DNA from: Candidatus Omnitrophota bacterium
GTDB taxonomy: Bacteria; Omnitrophota; Gorgyraeia; B26-G9
DNA: 64,000 nucleotides
NCBI GenBank assembly: GCA_043805415.1
Contig: JAZDHZ010000027.1
Location: forward strand, 2,089-66,088
Reading direction: 5' to 3'
The notes below the pieces were generated by a model that saw nothing but the letters and a program-made list of their open reading frames with translations, was not told the DNA's origin and ran no database searches. Positions 37,207 to 46,563 of this stretch are shown here, piece by piece (positions within the stretch are counted from its first letter, which is position 1; every line of letters starts with the position of its first letter). The position numbers were made by a program, and so were the translations under genes.

Positions 37207-37470
37207 CTATTTATTTTTCGCGTTTTGCTTACTTAATGCTGATTTAACGGAAACTCCTTCAATATTGCCCAGTTTACCGGTCATTGTGCCCAGGTCGTCA
37301 GTGGTAATATCCACTGTCAGGGTAATAACACTGCAGTTTCTTTCTTTATACGGCAAACCTACCCGGGCAACAATATTATCCCCATATTCCGAAAGGATCT
37401 GATTAACAGCCTGTGCCTGTTTTTTTCGATCTTCAAGGATAATCCCAACAAACCCTAATCTTTTTTCCAT
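37207..37470 (-). CDS. Small ACT/NikR-C-like protein of the TM1266 'iron-only hydrogenase system regulator' family
   Basis: MEKRLGFVGIILEDRKKQAQAVNQILSEYGDNIVARVGLPY...GKLGNIEGVSVK. ATG at 37470 preceded by GGAGG. Confidence 0.65.
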   Translation of the reverse strand: MEKRLGFVGIILEDRKKQAQAVNQILSEYGDNIVARVGLPYKERNCSVITLTVDITTDDLGTMTGKLGNIEGVSVKSALSKQNAKNK

Positions 37471-37660
37471 AATCCTCCACCTCTGTAGGTAGGGACAGGG
37501 CAAGCCCTGTCCATTTATCTTAATGTCGATGATTGAAAGTCAATAACGTATAGCGTTTAGAAATTAGTAATTCATAACTATTTTTTCTAATCGCTAAACA
37601 CTGTATTCTGTCTTACCGTGCGTAAAATTTATCTATCATCTTTTTCTCATAGCATCTTTA

Positions 37661-37701
37661 AAAATAAAAAACCCAACCTTAGTTAATCCTATAAGGTTGG
37701 G
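37661..37701 (-). terminator. Rho-independent terminator downstream of hldD
   Basis: 10-bp stem CCCAACCTTA (37672..37681) / TAAGGTTGGG (37692..37701), followed on the minus strand by TTTTTTATTTT. Confidence 0.55.
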
Positions 37702-37833
37702 ATATGCTTAAATAAAAATCACTTTCCCTCCCCTTGGTTTTAGACCAAAATCAGTCCTCTCCGCAGGATATATACTAATTCACAAAACAGCAGAATCTAT
37801 GTTCTTAAATCTTTAATCTAAGTTTAGAATTTA

Positions 37834-38799
37834 TTATAAATAAGCGTTTTTGTCAAGATATTTGACATAATCCGCGATTGTATTTTCTAAACAATTAAAC
37901 TTAAAATCACAGCCGGCTTTTTTAAGCTTATCCATATTCGCGCAAGTATAATACTGATACTTGGGCTGCAGATAATCCGGCATATCAATATAGTTTATCA
38001 CTGGGGTTTTGCCCAGGGCTTTAAACATGGCATTGGCCAGTTCATTCCAAGTCTGCGCTTTTCCAGTGCCAAGATTAAAAATGCCGGTTGCCTGGGGATT
38101 ATTAAACATCCAGAACATAATTTCCACCGCGTCTTTAATGTATATAAAATCCCTTTGCTGCTGTCCGTGCTTATAATCTTTATGATATGATTTAAACAAA
38201 CTGATACAGCCTTTATCTCTTACTTCCTTAAACTTTTTACATACAACACTGCTCATATCATCTTTATGATATTCATTCGGCCCAAAAACATTAAAGAATT
38301 TAATTGCTGTTGCTTTTTTATCAAATCCATTACGCTGCATCCAAAGATCAAATAAATGTTTTGAATAACCGTACATATTCAGCGGTTTTAACAGATTAAG
38401 ATCTTGGCTATCGTCATAACCGCGAGCCCCATCGCCATATGTAGCAGCTGAAGACGCGTAAATAAACGAAGCTTTGTGTAAAAAAGCCCATTGCGCCAGT
38501 ATTTTAGAATATTCGTAATTGTTCTGGATAAAATAAGCCCCGTCCTTGCAGGTTGTTGAGCTGCAGGCTCCCATGTGAATTACTTTTGTCGGCACAGGCA
38601 GCTGGTCTTCAGCAATTAACCTTAAAAATTCGTCTTTTTGAATATAATCAATAAATCTTTTGCCAACAAGATTCTTCCATTTCTCCGACTCATCAAGTTC
38701 ATCAACAACAATAATATCATCAATTCCTTGGCTATTTAATTTCCACAGAAAACCGCTGCCGATAAATCCTGCTCCGCCAGTTAAAATAATCATCTTCAA
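37834..38799 (-). CDS. hldD: ADP-L-glycero-D-manno-heptose 6-epimerase
   Basis: MKMIILTGGAGFIGS ... ASSAATYG ... NVFGPNE ... FNLGTG, near-collinear with E. coli RfaD. Confidence 0.85.
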   Translation of the reverse strand: MKMIILTGGAGFIGSGFLWKLNSQGIDDIIVVDELDESEKWKNLVGKRFIDYIQKDEFLRLIAEDQLPVPTKVIHMGACSSTTCKDGAYFIQNNYEYSKILAQWAFLHKASFIYASSAATYGDGARGYDDSQDLNLLKPLNMYGYSKHLFDLWMQRNGFDKKATAIKFFNVFGPNEYHKDDMSSVVCKKFKEVRDKGCISLFKSYHKDYKHGQQQRDFIYIKDAVEIMFWMFNNPQATGIFNLGTGKAQTWNELANAMFKALGKTPVINYIDMPDYLQPKYQYYTCANMDKLKKAGCDFKFNCLENTIADYVKYLDKNAYL

Positions 38800-38882
38800 T
38801 CCCCTTTAATTTATTGCTTATTACTCAGCTAAACTTATTATAGCAAAAAATCATTTTTAAAACAGACTTTTTACAAATAGAT

Positions 38883-39125
38883 TTATTCACAATCAAAAGA
38901 AACTAATCTTAACTCGCGCATATCTGAGTCTTCGAAATGCAGCTTTGCTGTTTGTAAAGGCGTATTTTTAGACTGTTCTTTGAAAAAATATGTTAATATT
39001 TCGGGATTTATCTCAGTAAACTGGCCCATTTTCAGATAAACATTGGTGATTTTTTTAGTATTATTCTTCTCTGCCAGCTTAAGTAAATCCTGAAAAAGAT
39101 TTTTAATCACATGCATTTCATGCAT
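38883..39125 (-). CDS. HypA-like hydrogenase nickel-insertion protein, N-terminal domain only (no zinc-finger half)
   Basis: MHEMHVIKNLFQDLLKLAEKNNTKKITNVYLKMGQFTEINPEILTYFF...AKLHFED parallels the HypA MHE...V.LK.G.F motif pattern. Ends after 80 aa with no CxxC...CxxC. Confidence 0.55.
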   Translation of the reverse strand: MHEMHVIKNLFQDLLKLAEKNNTKKITNVYLKMGQFTEINPEILTYFFKEQSKNTPLQTAKLHFEDSDMRELRLVSFDCE

Positions 39126-39147
39126 AAAAGCCTCCTGCTGATCTGTT

Positions 39148-39630
39148 TTATTTTAGCATATTTCTTCGAATAATTTCTACTATTTCATCTGCTGTTTTTT
39201 TAATTTCCCCTGACAGCCCTTCACCAAAACAAACTGATTTTGGCTGAATTCCGATAAAAAACACTCTAGTTTTTATGCTTTGGCAGATAATCCCGGTGAT
39301 AACATTCAAAGGAATCGCGTGAGTACTCAAAGTTGTTTGCGGAATTTTATCTTCGGGAATTATCCTGACCTCGCCGGGGTTACCGCCCCAATCAGCCGCG
39401 TCGATAATTAATATCTTTTTCGGTCCAAGGCTAATAACTTCTTCAATAATATTTTCCGGAGTATACCCGGCATTAATTACCTTTAACCCGATTATTTTTT
39501 CAAGTTCGCCAGCAATATAAGGCCCTACTCCATCATCAAATCTAAAAGAATTCCCGACAGCAACAATAAGGTCACTGTCGGGATTAAGCTTAAGCAACTC
39601 AATAATATTACCGGTCAATGTATTTGACAT
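39148..39630 (-). CDS. [NiFe] hydrogenase maturation endopeptidase (HycI/HoxW/FrhD family)
   Basis: LIVAVGNSFRFDDGVGPYIAGEL motif. Start is taken as the internal Met at 39630. The ORF track start is 39666. Confidence 0.75.
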   Translation of the reverse strand: MSNTLTGNIIELLKLNPDSDLIVAVGNSFRFDDGVGPYIAGELEKIIGLKVINAGYTPENIIEEVISLGPKKILIIDAADWGGNPGEVRIIPEDKIPQTTLSTHAIPLNVITGIICQSIKTRVFFIGIQPKSVCFGEGLSGEIKKTADEIVEIIRRNMLK

Positions 39631-40933
39631 TAAGAAAATGCGCTGAACAGGAAATGCAAGGATCATAGGCTCGAACCAGCATTTCCATCAGCAAAGTTAT
39701 TTCCTCTTGTTTTTTATCCAAGACTTCCGGAACAAGTTTTTTCATATCGCATTCAATATTATTAAGGTTTTGTCCTGTAGGAATAATACAGTTGGCGTTT
39801 ATAATCTTACCCTTAGCGTCCACCTCATATTCATGAAACAGTATCCCGCGGGGAACTTCTACCGCGCCAACGCCTTTTCCCGCCTTAACTGGTATCTGGC
39901 CGTTTTCATTTAAACCCACAGTTATTGCCTGTGAATAATCAATCCCCTCATTCTTAAAATCTTTAAGTATTTTAATCGAATCCTCAAGACTATGGATACA
40001 TTCAATAAGCTGGGCAGCGGTATTCAAGAAGGGGTTTGTTGTGATTGGCTTTAAACCAATAGCTTTAGCTACTTTTTTTGCTTTAGGGTGAAGCTTATTA
40101 AAATTAAGATTCACTCTGGCCAAAGCTCCGACCATATAAGATTCGCGGCTGGCTTTGGTATGCTTTGCCGAAGAATGCGGCACCACAAATTCATTGGTAA
40201 TTTTTTTATAATCATGCTTATCCATACGCAAGCCGTCTGTTGAGCCGATATCTCCTTGTAAAAGCGGATACTCATCAGTGTCATTTACCAAACCAACATA
40301 CTCTGTCTCTCTTTGAAATTCCGGGAATTTAAGACTTGCTGCCAGTTCAATAGTCGGAGTCATATCCACCTGAATGCTTTTTAAGATCTCAAGCATGGCA
40401 TCAAGATCCTTTTCCTTCGGCAGTTTTGTAAAACCGCCGACAATCGCGGAAATCGGATGAACATGCCGGCCGACTAAAATATCACAAACATCATTGCAGG
40501 CTTTTTTCATTCTTAAGGCACGCCTGACAACATCATTATGTGTATGAATTAACGGCACAAAACTCTTTACGCCAAGAAGATCAGGAGCTACCAGCAGATA
40601 AATATGCAAAATATGACTATCAAGATTTTCCAAATGCAGCAGCAGTTTCCGCAGTTTAATTGTCTGCTCAGTAGGAATAAAGCCGATCGCGTCCTCAGCA
40701 GCCTGGATCGATGCCAAAGTATGGCCGCAGGCGCAAATCCCGCAAATCCGGCTGGTAATATGCTGCGCTTCAAAAATTGACCGGCCGCGGAGCATACCTT
40801 CAAAAAACCGGGGGGATTCAACAATATCCAAACGGCATTCTTCAAGTTTGCCATTTTTCACATTTACCACAATATTCCCATGGCCTTCTACCCGGGTCAG
40901 ATACTCAACATTTACTTTTACATTTTTACTCAT
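39608..40933 (-). CDS. [NiFe] hydrogenase large (alpha) subunit, group 3b sulfhydrogenase type
   Basis: N-terminal RICGICACGH and C-terminal DPCISCSAH Ni-Fe ligand motifs. 441 aa. Confidence 0.9.
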   Translation of the reverse strand: MSKNVKVNVEYLTRVEGHGNIVVNVKNGKLEECRLDIVESPRFFEGMLRGRSIFEAQHITSRICGICACGHTLASIQAAEDAIGFIPTEQTIKLRKLLLHLENLDSHILHIYLLVAPDLLGVKSFVPLIHTHNDVVRRALRMKKACNDVCDILVGRHVHPISAIVGGFTKLPKEKDLDAMLEILKSIQVDMTPTIELAASLKFPEFQRETEYVGLVNDTDEYPLLQGDIGSTDGLRMDKHDYKKITNEFVVPHSSAKHTKASRESYMVGALARVNLNFNKLHPKAKKVAKAIGLKPITTNPFLNTAAQLIECIHSLEDSIKILKDFKNEGIDYSQAITVGLNENGQIPVKAGKGVGAVEVPRGILFHEYEVDAKGKIINANCIIPTGQNLNNIECDMKKLVPEVLDKKQEEITLLMEMLVRAYDPCISCSAHFLNVKYIDR

Positions 40934-41681
40934 CAGTTTTCAACTCCCCTAACTCACGCGGTTTGTTGTACATGTTAATTTTATTTTCAATCCAATCCAG
41001 AGAAATATTGTATTTTTCTAAAATATCTTTCTGCCCTTTTTCCGCCGGATTACTCACAATTCCCCGACAGCCATAACAGATATTGCCGTTATTTATACAC
41101 CAGGAATTACATCCCGCGCGGGTAATCGGCCCCATACAGGAGATTCCTTTATCATACATACACTCATTTTCATTAAGCTTACATTCCACGCAAACCGCGT
41201 TATCCGGAACATTATAAGCAATTCCCATTAGCGCTGCTTTTAAAACCTTAACAAATTCCGGAATATAAACCGGACAGCCGGGAACAAAATAATCTACCGG
41301 AACTACCTGATGCACTGCTCGGGTGGGCATAGTATCAAAATATTTCGCGTCTTGTTTATACACATATTCCCGAATGTCTTTTAAGTCAAAATTGTTTTTC
41401 ATTCCATTGATCCCGCCGATAGCAGCGCAAGACCCGTAAGCAATCAATACTTTCGCGGTTTTTCTAATCTTTTTAATTCTTTCCACTCCATGCGGGGTAG
41501 TAATACTGCCTTCAACAATCGCCACATCATAGCTATTTGATTTTTCCGACATTACTTCTCGGAATTCCACAACATCAATAAGATCTAAAACATCCAATAA
41601 TGTCTCGCCCATATTCGCGATTTGCAGCTGACAGCCTTCACAACAGGTAAAATCAAAAAACGCAACTTTAACTTTTTTCAT
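40926..41681 (-). CDS. [NiFe] hydrogenase small (delta) subunit
   Basis: CEGC proximal-cluster motif near the N-terminus (FDFTCCEGCQLQ). Further Cys clusters. 251 aa. Confidence 0.85.
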   Translation of the reverse strand: MKKVKVAFFDFTCCEGCQLQIANMGETLLDVLDLIDVVEFREVMSEKSNSYDVAIVEGSITTPHGVERIKKIRKTAKVLIAYGSCAAIGGINGMKNNFDLKDIREYVYKQDAKYFDTMPTRAVHQVVPVDYFVPGCPVYIPEFVKVLKAALMGIAYNVPDNAVCVECKLNENECMYDKGISCMGPITRAGCNSWCINNGNICYGCRGIVSNPAEKGQKDILEKYNISLDWIENKINMYNKPRELGELKTDE

Positions 41682-41683
41682 AA

Positions 41684-42523
41684 TTATAATGCCTCGTGTT
41701 TTCCTTTTATCTGGTCATAACTATACACTGGGCCATCCTGACAGCAATAATGTTCGCCAATTTGACAATGCCCGCATTTACCCACTCCGCATTTCATATG
41801 CCGCTCTAAAGATAAAAGTATCTGTCTTTCCGGTATGTTCTTTTTTAGTAATTCGGCAATCACAAATTTATACATTATCGGAGGCCCGACAACAATCGCG
41901 AAGGTTCGCGCTATGTCCAGAGTTACTCCGGGGATTAATGAAGTAATTAAACCAACATTGCCTTTCCAATCAGGATCCGATCTATCCACTGTACATTGGA
42001 AATTCACATCAAGCCGTTTTTCCCATTCTTTTACTTCATCTCCGAAAAGCATGTCTTTGGGAGTTTTACAGCCAAGCAAAATATTTACTTTGCCATAGTC
42101 GCGGCGATTATCAATAACAAAATTAATCAATGATCTCAACGGAACAATACCCAGCCCACCGGCAACAAACAATAAGTCATTACCCTCTAGGATATTAGTC
42201 GGAAAACCATGGCCAAAAGGCCCCCGGATCCCGACAATATCACCGGCATCAAGTTTATGCAGCGCTTTGGTTAAAATCCCGGTATTTCTTACTACAATCT
42301 CAAATGAACTTCTTTTTGTAGTCGGTGAAGATGATACAGAAATCGGCGCTTCACCAATGCCTGGAATTGAAATCATCACAAACTGGCCCGGCTCATGATC
42401 CAGGACTTCACTTCCGGCAAGAGAAATCTCAAAAAATTTTTCCAGAGCAGTCATTTTTTTGGCACGAATGATAGTTCCCTTTTTTACAATATACTCTGAT
42501 TCTTTAAGCGGTACTTGTATCAT
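41684..42523 (-). CDS. Sulfhydrogenase gamma-like subunit (FAD/NAD(P)-binding, C-terminal 2Fe-2S)
   Basis: Ferredoxin-NADP reductase fold with C-terminal CGVGKCGHC. ATG at 42523 overlaps the beta-subunit TGA (ATGA). Confidence 0.8.
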   Translation of the reverse strand: MIQVPLKESEYIVKKGTIIRAKKMTALEKFFEISLAGSEVLDHEPGQFVMISIPGIGEAPISVSSSPTTKRSSFEIVVRNTGILTKALHKLDAGDIVGIRGPFGHGFPTNILEGNDLLFVAGGLGIVPLRSLINFVIDNRRDYGKVNILLGCKTPKDMLFGDEVKEWEKRLDVNFQCTVDRSDPDWKGNVGLITSLIPGVTLDIARTFAIVVGPPIMYKFVIAELLKKNIPERQILLSLERHMKCGVGKCGHCQIGEHYCCQDGPVYSYDQIKGKHEAL

Positions 42524-43554
42524 TTTTTTTCCTTTGCTAAAGCATTGACGGTTTCTTTTAATTTTATCTGGGCCATGCATGTTCTGGTACATCTGCCGCA
42601 GCCCGTACAAAAATAGCGGCTGAATTTATCCACCGGATAATTGAACTTTCGCATATATCTATGCTTCTGACGATCAGCGCGTTCTTCTCTGAAACTCTCG
42701 CCGCCGGCAATCTTGGCGAAATCTTCATTCTGACATGAATCCCAAACTCTCACTCGGCTGCCGGTATTAAAATCAAGGTTCATATCATCCTTGATATCAA
42801 AACAATAACAGGTAGGACAGACATTCGTACAATTTCCGCAGGAAATACAGCGAGAACCAACATCATCCCATACCTTACTATTCATTGACTGTTCGAAAAC
42901 AAGTTTTAAATCACTATGCTTTACATCCAGTTCATTCTTAAATATATCTCTTTTTGCCACGCGCAAAGCTTCCAGCTCTTTTAAATTTTCCTCTTTAGCT
43001 TTGCTAAAAAGACTTATTTCTTCTATAATTTTTTCACCCATTTGCGTATTTACATGGATAATAAAATTGTCTTTTAGTTCGCTAAAGAATAAATCATAGC
43101 CCCCGTTGGGAATATGATTATCCATCGCGGTACAGCTGGCATATTCATCGCAATAAGAATTACACTCAAACCCGATTATCGTGATTTTATCTTTTCTTAC
43201 TATATAATTAATATCTTTGGGCTTACTGGTAAAAACCATATTCAGACATTGGATGCCCGCTAAATCACAAGTATGCACGCCAAAAATTATCATTTCCTTA
43301 TATTCAAGTACTGGAGTCCATTTATGTTCAGATTTATTAAATTTCATAATTGTTTCTTGCTGCGGCATAAAATATTTTTTCGGAGGCAAAATCGTGGGGA
43401 TAGAGTGCAAAGCTATTTCTTCGCCGGTTGTTACTTCTTGAAAAGCGAAACTTTTTTCTCCCCTTTTAACCGGAGCAACAACAGATTGGATCAGGGCAAG
43501 TTTTGCCACAAAATCATTAAAATCTTTCTTTTTCAATACAACATATTTTTCCAT
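42520..43554 (-). CDS. Sulfhydrogenase beta-like subunit (multiple [4Fe-4S])
   Basis: CISCGNCTNVCPTC and CTGCGRCTRTC ferredoxin motifs. 344 aa. Confidence 0.8.
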   Translation of the reverse strand: MEKYVVLKKKDFNDFVAKLALIQSVVAPVKRGEKSFAFQEVTTGEEIALHSIPTILPPKKYFMPQQETIMKFNKSEHKWTPVLEYKEMIIFGVHTCDLAGIQCLNMVFTSKPKDINYIVRKDKITIIGFECNSYCDEYASCTAMDNHIPNGGYDLFFSELKDNFIIHVNTQMGEKIIEEISLFSKAKEENLKELEALRVAKRDIFKNELDVKHSDLKLVFEQSMNSKVWDDVGSRCISCGNCTNVCPTCYCFDIKDDMNLDFNTGSRVRVWDSCQNEDFAKIAGGESFREERADRQKHRYMRKFNYPVDKFSRYFCTGCGRCTRTCMAQIKLKETVNALAKEKK

Positions 43555-43725
43555 ATTGTCTACCCTTTATTAATGATTTAGAAAGTATTAAGTAAATATT
43601 TAACCATAAATTAAAACCTTAGTCAAACATATTTTCAGCGGATCACTGGCATAACAGGTATAGATTTTTAGAACCAAGCCGCAATAAACCATAAATTTAA
43701 GCTTTAAGACTAACTACTGCGGGGA

Positions 43726-44187
43726 TTAAACTAAAGAAAGCTTTTCTTTTACCAGTAAACTGGTTTTTTTAGCATCAGCGCTGATTCCAACTTTAGCCAA
43801 AACTTCTTTCATCACTTTTCCCATGTCTTTTTGAGACTTTGCCCCTGTTTCTGCTATAACTTGATCAATTATGTTAATTAACTCCTTCTCATCAATTGGC
43901 TGAGGTAAATATTCGCTGATAATCGACAGCTCATTTTCCGCTTTAGCAATAATATCCTGATTATTAGCGGAAATCCCGCTGTCTCTGGTTTCAGTCACCT
44001 GCTTTTGGTTTTTCTTTAGCACAGATAAAACTTCTTCATCAGACAAAGCGTCTTTTTTTAAATCAATCTCGATATACTTGATTCCCGCTCTGATAAAATT
44101 TAAAAGTTGAGCCCGATCCTTATCTTTGCTCTTAAGGGCAGCTACATAGTCATTATATATTCTTTTTTCCAGCGCGTTTTCACTCAT
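43726..44187 (-). CDS. GatB/YqeY domain protein
   Basis: 153 aa. YqeY-like N-terminal motif and GatB C-terminal-like helices. Confidence 0.7.
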   Translation of the reverse strand: MSENALEKRIYNDYVAALKSKDKDRAQLLNFIRAGIKYIEIDLKKDALSDEEVLSVLKKNQKQVTETRDSGISANNQDIIAKAENELSIISEYLPQPIDEKELINIIDQVIAETGAKSQKDMGKVMKEVLAKVGISADAKKTSLLVKEKLSLV

Positions 44188-44231
44188 GGTTATTTAGCAT
44201 AGCATAAAAAGTCGTTTTTAAAAACAATTTT

Positions 44232-45032
44232 TTAAAGTTTACTTTTTTGCTTGAGTATATTCCTTTCTTTTTTAGTTAAACTATCAATACCCTGGCTTGA
44301 TATTTTATCTAGTATTTCATCAACTCTGCGGTTGATTTCCATCATCTTATTCAGCTGTCTAACTTCTCGCTTTTTCTTCCTTGAATCTTGCAGTCGGGAT
44401 ATACTAAATCCAGACAAAACTGATCTTATTGCCTGATTTTTAAAATAAAAATATCCAAACAGACCGCCTCCAAGATGTGCGATATAAGCTACCTCACTGC
44501 CGGGATTAGATAATGCGCCTAAAAGATTAATCCCGGCTAAAACCATTGCCGCATACCGCATCTTCATCGGAAAAATAAAAAAAAGCAAAATAATACTTTC
44601 CGGAAACAACATTGCGAATGCGACCAATAAACCAAATATCGCTCCTGATGCGCCAACCACAGGATATGTTGCATTATGCGCAAAAACAATACTGCAAATA
44701 CCAGCGCCGATTCCGGTAAAAAGATAGTATCGGACAAAACGCTTGCTACCCCATGACTGTTCTAAAACTGTTCCAAACATCCAGAGCATCAGCATATTTA
44801 AAACCAAATGCCAGACTCCGGCATGGACAAAAAGGTAGCTGACCAATTGCCATAACATTAATCGGGATATAACCAGGCTGGGAACCAATCCCAAGTACAG
44901 CATCCAGGGTATATCACGCAAGAGATTGATCAAAATAAAAACAATTATATTGATAATAATTATAATAGTTACTGCGCTTTTGTTTCGAGAATTAATCCCA
45001 AAACCCGGCGAAAAATTATTTAGCATATCCAC
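44232..45032 (-). CDS. Rhomboid family intramembrane serine protease
   Basis: GASGAIFG catalytic Ser motif and AHLGG catalytic His motif. 6 TM helices. Confidence 0.85.
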   Translation of the reverse strand: MDMLNNFSPGFGINSRNKSAVTIIIIINIIVFILINLLRDIPWMLYLGLVPSLVISRLMLWQLVSYLFVHAGVWHLVLNMLMLWMFGTVLEQSWGSKRFVRYYLFTGIGAGICSIVFAHNATYPVVGASGAIFGLLVAFAMLFPESIILLFFIFPMKMRYAAMVLAGINLLGALSNPGSEVAYIAHLGGGLFGYFYFKNQAIRSVLSGFSISRLQDSRKKKREVRQLNKMMEINRRVDEILDKISSQGIDSLTKKERNILKQKSKL

Positions 45033-45040
45033 TACACCTT

Positions 45041-45436
45041 TTATCCGACAAGCAGTTGTTTAATATCCTGAGGAATTGATATTGGCTTAACCTGCGCATT
45101 TACGCATACCCAGGTTACTTTAGCTTGAATCAACAATTTATCGTTTATTTTTATTTGCTGATTAAATTTTACCGAAGAACGGCCGATTTCTTCAATTTCC
45201 GTATAAACCTTTATTGTATCCTGATAGCGCGCCGGCGATTTATAATCAACTTCAATTCGCGCGACCACAAAAAGTATTCCCTGCTCCGCTAATTTTCCGG
45301 TGTAAATGCCAAGCTGCGCGCAATATTCAGACCTGCCTTCTTCTAAATACTTTAAATAGTTTGCATAGTAAACAACTCCGCCGGCATCTGTATCGTGATA
45401 ATATATCTTTTTCTCTATTGAGAAATTCTTACTCAC
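45041..45436 (-). CDS. Acyl-CoA thioesterase, YbgC/4HBT hot-dog family
   Basis: YYHDTDAGGVVYYANYL motif. Confidence 0.8.
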   Translation of the reverse strand: MSKNFSIEKKIYYHDTDAGGVVYYANYLKYLEEGRSEYCAQLGIYTGKLAEQGILFVVARIEVDYKSPARYQDTIKVYTEIEEIGRSSVKFNQQIKINDKLLIQAKVTWVCVNAQVKPISIPQDIKQLLVG

Positions 45437-45471
45437 TTAATTTATCTCCTTGTTTTTTCTAAAGACTACAC

Positions 45472-46563
45472 CTAATCACCGAAACTTGTGCCCACACTTC
45501 TTGCTGCTTTTACTAAAGGATGATTTTTACTGACCAGCTTAGGGCCTTTAGCCACATCCTTAAGGCTGACAGCCTTAAAAGAACAGCCGCTAACTCCAAC
45601 CATTGTCCCGAACTTTTTTTTATTTATCAAATCTACAACCTGAACTCCAAGCTGTGTTGCTAAGACACGATCAGTTGAAGTCGGAGATCCGCCGCGGATT
45701 AAATGCCCCATAACAACTGCCCGGGTAGAAATACCTGTAATATCTTCCAAATCTTTTGCCAACACATTGCTTATTCCTCCCAAGCGCTCGGCAATTGTAC
45801 TTTCTTTAACCAATCTTTGAACCACCACTTTTCCGCCTTTTGGTTTCGCGCCTTCGCCAATAACAATAATACTAAACCTGCTTCCTCTTGAATGCCGAGT
45901 TTTAACTACTTCCGCGACCTTCTGAATATCATAAGGAATCTCGGGAATAAGAATTATATCTCCCCCTCCAGCTATACCGGCATGCAAAGATATCCATCCT
46001 GCGGTACGGCCCATAAGCTCTATAATCATAATTCGATGATGTGATTGAGCTGTTGTATGTAAACGATCAATGCCTTCCGTAGCAATTGCCACAGCAGTAT
46101 CAAACCCAAAGGTTACATCCGTACCGCGGATATCATTATCAATGGTTTTCGGCACTCCAACAACCGGAACCCCATCATTATATAACCGGGAAGCAATGGC
46201 CATAGTCCCATCACCGCCGATGCAAACAATACAATCTAGTTTTTGACGTTTAATATTAGCCAATACCTGTTTAGACTTATCGGTGATAATTGTCTTGTTG
46301 TTTTGGGTTTCCACTACCCGGTAAGGATTAGCAATATTTGAAGTGCCTAAAATCGTACCGCCTAAAGTTAGGATACCGGAAACGTCTTCAAATCTAAGCG
46401 CGCGGTACTGATTTGTGATCAAACCCTCATATCCATCTTTAATCCCAATGATTTCCGCGTTACTCTCAATCATCAGTTTTTTCGCTACAGCGCGGATAAC
46501 CGCGTTCAACCCTGGGCAATCTCCGCCGCCAGTTAAAATCCCGACTCTCATTCTTTTTTTCAT
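45472..46563 (-). CDS. pfk: 6-phosphofructokinase
   Basis: MRVGILTGGGDCPGLNAVIRAV, GGDGT, and MGR..G substrate motifs. Confidence 0.85.
   Translation of the reverse strand: MKKRMRVGILTGGGDCPGLNAVIRAVAKKLMIESNAEIIGIKDGYEGLITNQYRALRFEDVSGILTLGGTILGTSNIANPYRVVETQNNKTIITDKSKQVLANIKRQKLDCIVCIGGDGTMAIASRLYNDGVPVVGVPKTIDNDIRGTDVTFGFDTAVAIATEGIDRLHTTAQSHHRIMIIELMGRTAGWISLHAGIAGGGDIILIPEIPYDIQKVAEVVKTRHSRGSRFSIIVIGEGAKPKGGKVVVQRLVKESTIAERLGGISNVLAKDLEDITGISTRAVVMGHLIRGGSPTSTDRVLATQLGVQVVDLINKKKFGTMVGVSGCSFKAVSLKDVAKGPKLVSKNHPLVKAARSVGTSFGD

Noticed and set aside
37489-37520. GACAGGGCAAGCCCTGTC perfect hairpin just upstream of the TM1266-like gene.
   Set aside because: It sits between the Shine-Dalgarno and the upstream spacer and has no U-run. 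It could be a regulatory RNA hairpin, but a single 7-bp GC stem is too little evidence. It is noted here rather than called.
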